NCBI GenBank assembly: GCA_018819225.1
Contig: JAHJQN010000008.1
Coordinates: forward strand, 160,001-224,000
Direction of reading: 5' to 3'
Length of the DNA stretch: 64,000 bases
Source: Candidatus Micrarchaeota archaeon
GTDB lineage: Archaea > Micrarchaeota > Micrarchaeia > Norongarragalinales > SBBD01
The notes under the pieces are model-generated. The model did not search any database. It worked only from the letters and a program-made list of their open reading frames with translations, and was not told the origin of the DNA. This document shows, piece by piece, positions 27,599 through 34,596 of the stretch. Position numbers and translations under genes: made by a program. Each line of letters begins with the position of its first letter. The first letter of the stretch is position 1.

Positions 27599-28612
27599 AT
27601 GCCTTACACTTACGCTCGCGCGGGGGTAAACGTCCAGCGAGTCAAAGGCATTCAACGGGACACGCAAAGACAATTGGCCTCGACGCTGAACCGAGACGTC
27701 ATACTATCAGCGGGGCATTACTCGGCGCTCGTCAACATCCAAGGAAAAAAAATTGCCGTGCACACGGATGGCGTGGGCACGAAAGTGCTCGTGGCGCAAC
27801 AACTCGGAACGTACGATACCGTAGGGATTGACGCGATTGCCATGAACGTCAACGACTTGGCGTGCATTGGCGCCAAACCGATTACCGTCGTCGATTATCT
27901 AGCGCTGCAAAAACCGGATCCTGCACTCATTCGCGAGATCATGAAAGGACTCGTGAAAGGCGCGAAAAAGGCGAACGTGAGCATCGTCGGCGGGGAAACC
28001 GCGATCACCCCGGATTTGATCAAAGGAATCAACGGCAACGGATTCGACTTGTCCGCAACGTGCGTGGGCATCGTGGAAAAAAAGCTTATTACGGGAAAAG
28101 ACATTCGGGAAAACGACGTGCTCGTGGGAATGGCGAGCACGGGATTGCATTCCAACGGATACACGCTCGCCCGAAAAGTACTCCTCAAGGGAAAAAACCG
28201 TTCCAATAAAAAACTCATGAAAGAGATGTTGAAGCCTACGCGTATCTATTCACCCGCAGCCCTGGAAATGGCGGAAAAAGTCCGCGTGCACGGTTTCGCC
28301 CACATTACGGGAGGGGCGTTCTCGAAATTGACGCGCGTGCTCCCCAAGAAGCTCGGGGTCGTCCTGGATCGCATGCCGACGCCCCCGCGCCTGTTCAACA
28401 CCATTCAACGGAACGCCCATCTCGGAAAACGGGAAATGTACCGCACGTTCAACATGGGTATCGGGTTCTGCGTGTGGGTGGCGTCCAAACAAGTGAAGCG
28501 CACGCTCGCCATCAGCCGAAAACACGGTATTCCCGCGCAGGTCATTGGAAGGGTCATCAAAGGCCATCGCATTCTATTGCACGACAAAGGATACGTGTAC
28601 GATTTAACGTGA
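27599..28612 (+). CDS. purM: Phosphoribosylformylglycinamidine cyclo-ligase (AIR synthetase)
   Basis: TY..AGV, TDGVGTK, GGETA, GLHSNG, HITGG, TFNMG. Real start MPYTY at 27599. Confidence 0.96.
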   Translation: MPYTYARAGVNVQRVKGIQRDTQRQLASTLNRDVILSAGHYSALVNIQGKKIAVHTDGVGTKVLVAQQLGTYDTVGIDAIAMNVNDLACIGAKPITVVDYLALQKPDPALIREIMKGLVKGAKKANVSIVGGETAITPDLIKGINGNGFDLSATCVGIVEKKLITGKDIRENDVLVGMASTGLHSNGYTLARKVLLKGKNRSNKKLMKEMLKPTRIYSPAALEMAEKVRVHGFAHITGGAFSKLTRVLPKKLGVVLDRMPTPPRLFNTIQRNAHLGKREMYRTFNMGIGFCVWVASKQVKRTLAISRKHGIPAQVIGRVIKGHRILLHDKGYVYDLT

Positions 28613-28616
28613 GTCC

Positions 28617-29561
28617 ATGGATGCATTAAACTTCGAACTGGCGCGCGTGCTGATCGCCGTCATTGGAACCGCTTTCGCCGCGTACCAAGATTTCCGAACC
28701 TCGTTCATTGATGACAAAATCCTGTTTTCCATGATCGGAGCGGGAGCACTCATTACGCTTGCGTCCCTCAACGAAACCATTATCGTGTACACATTCGTGG
28801 TCGCCGCATTCATTTTCCTTATGGGATACGTGTTGTACCGGCAAGGACAACTCGGAATGGGCGATGTCCTTCTGTTCGTGGGTCTCCAGTTGTTGTTGCC
28901 GTTCCACCCGCAGATCTTCTCGGATTATGTGATCCGGCCGTTCCCGTTCGAATTACTATCGACGATGGTTCCGCTGGTGGGAAGCTCGTTCTTGATAACG
29001 CTCAATATCCTCAAGCACCTGCTGTTCTTCCTCACGATTTTCTTGGTGAGCTCGTACGTGGCCACGCTGGTGAGTGGAATCACGTACGCACGGGAATTGT
29101 TTAAAACCCGCAAACCCTTGAAACCGAGCTGGACCGGAGCCGGCGTCTCCTTATTCGTTCTCGTGATCGCGGGATTCGTGTTATGGACCACGCTCGCGTT
29201 CTCGTACGGAACCGTTCTCTTTCTGTTGCTGTTGTTATCCACGGCATTCTTCTTGACGTTCCGGGAACAATTATTGGAGGAAGTCGTCACCAAGCGCATG
29301 ACGCTGAAAGAAATCGAGGACGAGGATATTCTGGCACTCGAAAGCATGCCCAAGCGCATCGTTCAAAAATACCATCTCGGAAAAGTGCTGACTAAAAGCG
29401 AAGTGAAAAAGCTGAAACTCATTTCGCGCAAGGAAAGAATGACTCGGTTCCCCGTCTACAAAATATTGCCGCGGTTTGGCCCGTATATTCTGATTGGTCT
29501 GCTCGTGGCGCTGGCATTCGGAGACTTGTTCTCCCTCTTGTTCCGCCTCTCCGGAGGATGA
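28617..29561 (+). CDS. Prepilin/preflagellin peptidase (A24 family, PibD/FlaK-like)
   Basis: Polytopic membrane protein with catalytic Asp motifs YQDFR and GMGD and a C-terminal PRFGPYI. Confidence 0.85.
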   Translation: MDALNFELARVLIAVIGTAFAAYQDFRTSFIDDKILFSMIGAGALITLASLNETIIVYTFVVAAFIFLMGYVLYRQGQLGMGDVLLFVGLQLLLPFHPQIFSDYVIRPFPFELLSTMVPLVGSSFLITLNILKHLLFFLTIFLVSSYVATLVSGITYARELFKTRKPLKPSWTGAGVSLFVLVIAGFVLWTTLAFSYGTVLFLLLLLSTAFFLTFREQLLEEVVTKRMTLKEIEDEDILALESMPKRIVQKYHLGKVLTKSEVKKLKLISRKERMTRFPVYKILPRFGPYILIGLLVALAFGDLFSLLFRLSGG

Positions 29562-29566
29562 TTCGG

Positions 29567-29827
29567 TTATTCGGAGATATCGATTTGCTGTCCCAGCGCT
29601 TGACCGGGAAGACCTTTCATCATGATCGCTCGAACCGCACCTTGTTTTCCGTGCGCTTCGACGACCTGTCCCTTGATCAGTTTTCCAGAAGGACTCTTCC
29701 ACACGACCGCTTTCCCTTTAAGCTTCTCGGCGTCCGAACGCTTCTTCGACCCCTGGGGAACGAGAACGTAATGGCGCTTGTACTGCGAGTGCCTTCCTCC
29801 ACGATAATTTCGAATCCGTGCTTTCAT
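29567..29827 (-). CDS. rpl35ae: 50S ribosomal protein L35Ae (eL33)
   Basis: I.NYRGG...Q, HG..GAVRA, GLPGQALG. Confidence 0.95.
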   Translation of the reverse strand: MKARIRNYRGGRHSQYKRHYVLVPQGSKKRSDAEKLKGKAVVWKSPSGKLIKGQVVEAHGKQGAVRAIMMKGLPGQALGQQIDISE

Positions 29828-29938
29828 ATCTATCCACCAAAACCGCGAATACTTAAAACTTATTAAGTGCTACACGCTAAGAGCGTTAACGTAAGTACCC
29901 ATGCGGATAAGGATTAAAAAACGTATCCTTACCCTCCC

Positions 29939-31051
29939 TTGTTGGAGAGAACGATGAACGAGCTACTGATCAACGATCGCGTCATGCGCAAGCTCTTGCC
30001 GCGCATTCAAGCCACGGCGGAATTTCTTAAAAAAGCCGCCGAACGGAACCAGCACATTCTCATCAAATTTGATGGAGACGGGGACGGAATTTGTTCCGGA
30101 CTCAATATGCTGAAAGCCCTCAGGCGCGTGAGCCATAACAAGCGCATCAGCAATTATCCGGGTCCCTCCGCCGTCTATCGCATCGAGGAAGCGCTGAACG
30201 ACTTGAATCGCGCGGAAAGCACGAAGGAAACCGTTTTTCTATTCCTAGATCATGCCGCCAATGAGGAAAGCGTGGACGCACTGCATTTATTAAAAAGTTA
30301 TGGCGCGCGCATCGTCATCATAGACCATCACCCATTTTCAACGAAAACGAAGGCGCTCGCCGAACGCATGGTGTCGCCCATGCTGGTTTCCAAGGATGGG
30401 GCGTCGTATGTCACCGGATTACTGGCATATGAAGTCGCTAAACGGATTGCACCCGAAGAAGCGGATGATGCGCTGGCATGGTATGCATTGCAAGCGGACA
30501 AGAGTCGTTTCGCGTCCAAAAAAGAATTCATGGAACCCATTGCCATCGAGTATCTCGAGTTCTTCCGACGGAACAATTCACTCGAATTCTATGAAAAAAC
30601 GCTGGCCGATTCCGAAACCGTGAAAGAAAGCTGCCATCAAGCCAAGGAAAAAATCGGGCAAGCGCTGACCCTGGCCAAGCGAAACGCGGAATACAAGAAA
30701 AGCAGGCGCTTTACTTCTGCCGTTGTCCGCGTCGCTAAATGCGTTCCGGAGGGCGATTATCCTTCCAAAAGTAGACTGATCAGCGAATTTCAGCAGCTCA
30801 TGGAAAAAAAGCACGAGAACCTCGTGAGTTTAGGGGTGGACAGCGACTCCATGAGTTTCCGTGCCAGCAAGAAGGCGCTGAAAAACGGTTTTCGGGCCTC
30901 TCAGATCATTCGCCAACTCAAAGACATGTTCGGAACCGAAATTATTTCGGGAGGAGGACATGATGTGGCGGCGAGCTTGAAAGCCAATCCCTCGGCGATC
31001 CATGCCATCGTGCATGAAGCGCTCGCGCTCGTCGAAAAACCTAAGAAATAA
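29939..31051 (+). CDS. DHH/DHHA1-family phosphoesterase (RecJ-like)
   Basis: DGDGDG, FLDH, IDHH and C-terminal GGGH. Confidence 0.85.
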   Translation: MLERTMNELLINDRVMRKLLPRIQATAEFLKKAAERNQHILIKFDGDGDGICSGLNMLKALRRVSHNKRISNYPGPSAVYRIEEALNDLNRAESTKETVFLFLDHAANEESVDALHLLKSYGARIVIIDHHPFSTKTKALAERMVSPMLVSKDGASYVTGLLAYEVAKRIAPEEADDALAWYALQADKSRFASKKEFMEPIAIEYLEFFRRNNSLEFYEKTLADSETVKESCHQAKEKIGQALTLAKRNAEYKKSRRFTSAVVRVAKCVPEGDYPSKSRLISEFQQLMEKKHENLVSLGVDSDSMSFRASKKALKNGFRASQIIRQLKDMFGTEIISGGGHDVAASLKANPSAIHAIVHEALALVEKPKK

Positions 31052-31061
31052 ATTGAAACGA

Positions 31062-31388
31062 CTAAGGTAATGGAGGGAGGCCGTCACCATTGTCTTCGGG
31101 TAACGGAGGCAGCTCATCATTTGGACCTCGAGTATCCTCAGGCACAACCTCGCCAGTGGAATCATCGTCTGGAGGCAAAGGAGGCAATTCTTCTCCAATC
31201 GTGGGATTCGCCGTAGGGCAAGGAGCAAACTCGCATGAAGGAGGAACGCGTCCCACGTTACTTCCGTCCGCGCATACTTTGGCTTCCTGCGTACATCCCG
31301 TCGAAGGCGGTTGTTGAACGCAACCCATCAGTAAACCAAAAGCGAAAACACCCAGAAAAGCAATGAAAGCGAGTTTCATGATAACCAA
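31062..31388 (-). CDS. Small lipoprotein-like secreted protein with a CTQEAK.C.DGS.VGR.PP.CEFAPCP module and an acidic PPLP-repeat tail
   Basis: Lipobox-like LLMGC, a 4-Cys module, and three acidic-L-PPLP repeats. Confidence 0.8.
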   Translation of the reverse strand: MVIMKLAFIAFLGVFAFGLLMGCVQQPPSTGCTQEAKVCADGSNVGRVPPSCEFAPCPTANPTIGEELPPLPPDDDSTGEVVPEDTRGPNDELPPLPEDNGDGLPPLP

Positions 31389-31403
31389 TCACCAAATCGA
31401 TGA

Positions 31404-31441
31404 ACAAGAAAAAAGAAAGAAGGGAGGGTTAAAAACCCTCC
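31404..31441 (-). terminator. Hairpin plus U-tract terminator downstream of the 627-aa gene
   Basis: GGAGGGTT-aaa-AACCCTCC (31423-31441), followed on the - strand by CTTCTTTCTTTTTTCTT. Confidence 0.6.
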
Positions 31442-31455
31442 TGTTGCGGGAGGCA

Positions 31456-33339
31456 TTAACCGTAATAGCCGTCCTCTTCCCCAGCGGCTTGTGCATCTTC
31501 CGTTTCGTGGGACTTGGTCTCTTCCGGTAACGGAGGAATGTCTTCGAAGGCGCCTAACGTGCACGCACTCGAGACCTTCACGAAATACCCTTCACCGGGA
31601 ACCAACGTGCTCACGCGCTCGTATTGTTTGGAGAACGCGTTCCACTTCCACGGCCCGCTCTGGACATTGCAGCCCTGCGAAATCGAACTGAACGAAACCG
31701 CGTCCGCCGGACCCCCGATTTGGTTCCAACCTTGGAACAAGCGCTCGCCCTCCAGCGTTTCCTTCCGGTTACCCGCAATGGTCACGCTGCAGGAATCGCT
31801 GACTTTTACCCAGTACCCACTTCCGCTGGGCACAGACGCGCCTTCCTTGAGAACCCCATATTTCACGTATCGGCGCTGTTGCGTGTTGTAATGCCACAAC
31901 GTCGCCTGCGAGCAAGTGCTCTCCGTGATAATTCCGCCCTTGAACTGAACCGGCAAAGGCTGAATTAAGGTCGGCATATTGGTCTGCACGATCGCGGCAC
32001 CGTAACCGCCACCTCCCGAAGAACCCGGCGCAATTTTGGCTTGCGTCGTGTCAGCTTGATCGCTCGTTACTTTCATTGCCGTTTCCGATTGGGGAACTTG
32101 CACGACGTTTAAAGGCAACGGATTTTCAACCGCGCACGCCTTGCCTGCCGGACAATAGTACGGGCTCTGCGAATACGGACTTGAAATCATGTTCCAGCCT
32201 TTCGCGAGACGCAAACTCATCTCGTATGTTTGCGGAGGCAACGGGGGCGTATTCGTTCGAATCACGAACGAAGCCTTGTCGGACGAGCTCTGACCGTTAT
32301 ATTTCACGCTGGCTTCCGCCGTATAAAATCCGTCGTCCAAGCGGTACGCCGTATGTTCATAATACGCGCCGTTGAATCGCATGGGAATCAATACTGATGA
32401 GGACTGGCCCTCGCGCGCATACGACAAATAGACGTTATATGCGGGGTGAGGCATCGCGATGTCTTCTTGGCCGGAATTCGAAGTGATTCGGTTAACCGTC
32501 AAGCGATTCAACACGGCCTTGAATGTCGCGGTAGAGCCATCCGTGCTAACATCCAAATCCACTTTTAATCGGTAATCCGGAGGCACGAGCGTCGGTTTAG
32601 GGACGGACTTCACCGTCGTAATGGCGTACGCCTCCTGTCCAAATGCGCCCGGAGATACGTAAGGCACGTGAATACTGACGGCTTTGCCGTTATCGAACCT
32701 TAACGTCTGAGACTCGCCTTGCTCGAGTTGAATGCTTTGACCCACCCCGTTTAATTCAACACCATAAGTGACACGCGGATAGTTTCGCTGGCTGCCATCT
32801 TCATAATAGCCATAACCCGAAATATCGAGCACTTTGACTTGGATGCCGTTGTTCGCGGTAATGGAATAACCGACACATAACGCGTGGGTCCCGTCGTTAT
32901 TGAAATTCTTGCAGTGCAAGTCACCGACCGGCGTCACCGTAGGTACAATAGAGACAATTGATGTGGCTGTCGGCAAGGAAATAATGCTTACAATAAGCTT
33001 TGTGGGGCCATCATCGTTTACCGCGATATCCGAAATCTCCAAGCGAACGTATTCGTTAAAGAACGTCGTGCCGGGTCCGAAGACTCCGCCTAACGTGTCA
33101 ACGAGTTCGTTGCTCGGGTTATATATTTCGAATGTGACGTGAAACTGCATGGGATCGTTGCTGTATGAAGACAGCTCCGTTAGTTTCACGACAAATTGCG
33201 TATTCGTCTGAATGGCATCGCCGACTTCCATGGCGTACGTGCCATCACCATACGCGTAATATGATTCCGTTGAATCAGCGCTCACCAAAGGAATCAAAAG
33301 CAACGCAACGATTCCCAGCAAGCTAATTGCATTTTTCAT
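31456..33339 (-). CDS. Secreted multidomain beta-rich protein with two L..GWN.I repeats
   Basis: Signal peptide, S-layer-like N-terminal beta domains, LAKGWNMISSP and LFQGWNQIGGP, each followed by G.GY(W/F)VKV. Confidence 0.8.
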   Translation of the reverse strand: MKNAISLLGIVALLLIPLVSADSTESYYAYGDGTYAMEVGDAIQTNTQFVVKLTELSSYSNDPMQFHVTFEIYNPSNELVDTLGGVFGPGTTFFNEYVRLEISDIAVNDDGPTKLIVSIISLPTATSIVSIVPTVTPVGDLHCKNFNNDGTHALCVGYSITANNGIQVKVLDISGYGYYEDGSQRNYPRVTYGVELNGVGQSIQLEQGESQTLRFDNGKAVSIHVPYVSPGAFGQEAYAITTVKSVPKPTLVPPDYRLKVDLDVSTDGSTATFKAVLNRLTVNRITSNSGQEDIAMPHPAYNVYLSYAREGQSSSVLIPMRFNGAYYEHTAYRLDDGFYTAEASVKYNGQSSSDKASFVIRTNTPPLPPQTYEMSLRLAKGWNMISSPYSQSPYYCPAGKACAVENPLPLNVVQVPQSETAMKVTSDQADTTQAKIAPGSSGGGGYGAAIVQTNMPTLIQPLPVQFKGGIITESTCSQATLWHYNTQQRRYVKYGVLKEGASVPSGSGYWVKVSDSCSVTIAGNRKETLEGERLFQGWNQIGGPADAVSFSSISQGCNVQSGPWKWNAFSKQYERVSTLVPGEGYFVKVSSACTLGAFEDIPPLPEETKSHETEDAQAAGEEDGYYG

Positions 33340-33418
33340 GTATCAAACACCTCTACTAAACAATATTCTATTTTTTTCAGCCTCGATCATCGGCTGCGGA
33401 ATGATTACTCGAAATCGT

Positions 33419-33492
33419 GATATATATAATTTGAGCGGAACAAAAGAAGAGAAAACGGTTCCAACAAGCAGGAAATTGAAAAAGAACGGTTC
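33419..33492 (-). promoter_or_regulatory. TATA box with upstream candidate operator for the 627-aa gene
   Basis: TATATATA at about 33421-33428, inverted repeat GGAAC-N16-GTTCC (33437-33462), and direct repeat AACGGTTC at 33454 and 33485. Confidence 0.45.
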
Positions 33493-33499
33493 AAAAGAC

Positions 33500-34549
33500 C
33501 TATTTTTCGGAAAGGAACCATTCGGTAAGCTTCAATTCGCGAACCTTGCCGAATTTACGCGTTTCGATGATTTTTTTGCTTTCGAGGGCGAAAATGACTC
33601 GGGAAAGGGTGGTCTTTGGAATCAAGAGCTTGTAGAACACTTTACTAAAGCGTGCGCGACCCCTTTCCTCCAACAGGAATTCGACCGTGCGGCGCTCGTT
33701 ATCTTGAAGCGTGTTCAGAATGGCGCGCATCTTCGGGGTTAGAGAAATTGTTTTGGAGTCGGTTTTTTGAGGGGAGTGCTTGGAACTACGAGACACCTTA
33801 TGCGTCACGTGATGCACCTTCGGAGGCTCTCTGTTCTTCCGAGCCAAGAAATAATACCCCCCGCCCAATACAAGGAAAAGGAGTGCAATGAGTCCGAGCG
33901 GAGTATAATCCATCACCGGTTCGGGTGGATCAACGGGTGCTTTTTGCTCATTGAGAGACAGGCGCGCGTTCAGATATTCGCCGGGTTCCAATCGCAACTC
34001 CAGGAATCCGACTTCCGCGGTCTTCGAGCCCAATAAACGACACGAACGCGTCGGAACCAAGGGAATAATGAACGATCCGAACTCGTCCGTTATCAAGTCT
34101 CCTGCCTCGGCTTCAAAACTTCGAAGCACTTCGTTGGAACCTAAGCATTGCATGCGCACCAACGCACCTTCCACTACTTTTCCCTGAGAATCCACCACGA
34201 CTCCGGAAACGCTTCCGACGCTCAACAAACCGATTTGATGATCTTTGGCTCCAGTAACTTCTAGAGTTCGAAACGAGGCGTAATCATCCGCGTTCGTGTC
34301 CCGGTCATTCACCGTAACCATGAGGTGCCACGAGCCCGTTGGAAGCGCAAACGAAACACGGGATTCGTTACCCAACAAATACTCGCTCGTAATTCGCCCT
34401 CCTTGTTCATCCACAAACAAAAGAGATGCAATTCCGGTCACCGGTTGCAGAGTATCCGGATTCAAGAAAATGAAGGTTTGCTGAAACGATTCTTGGGCGT
34501 AGCCCAGCGGTAACGACAATAATAGCGCCAACAGGATCGCGAGTCGCAT
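33500..34549 (-). CDS. Membrane-spanning transcriptional regulator: signal peptide, extracellular carboxypeptidase-regulatory-like domain, TM, cytoplasmic wHTH (COG2512-like)
   Basis: VSGVVVDSQGKVVEGA...TDEFGSF, TM LGLIALLFLVLGGGYYFL, and C-terminal L...ER..V..L....G...PKTTLSRVI..LE.K.II...K.G. Confidence 0.8.
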   Translation of the reverse strand: MRLAILLALLLSLPLGYAQESFQQTFIFLNPDTLQPVTGIASLLFVDEQGGRITSEYLLGNESRVSFALPTGSWHLMVTVNDRDTNADDYASFRTLEVTGAKDHQIGLLSVGSVSGVVVDSQGKVVEGALVRMQCLGSNEVLRSFEAEAGDLITDEFGSFIIPLVPTRSCRLLGSKTAEVGFLELRLEPGEYLNARLSLNEQKAPVDPPEPVMDYTPLGLIALLFLVLGGGYYFLARKNREPPKVHHVTHKVSRSSKHSPQKTDSKTISLTPKMRAILNTLQDNERRTVEFLLEERGRARFSKVFYKLLIPKTTLSRVIFALESKKIIETRKFGKVRELKLTEWFLSEK

Positions 34550-34596
34550 GAACTAAGTAGACGAACCACCGGTTTTATTCCTTTGGATTTGCTGAA

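Noticed and set aside
33338-33742. 134-aa + strand ORF across the regulator-target gap
   Set aside because: It is antisense to the HTH domain, covers the promoter region and is not protein-like.
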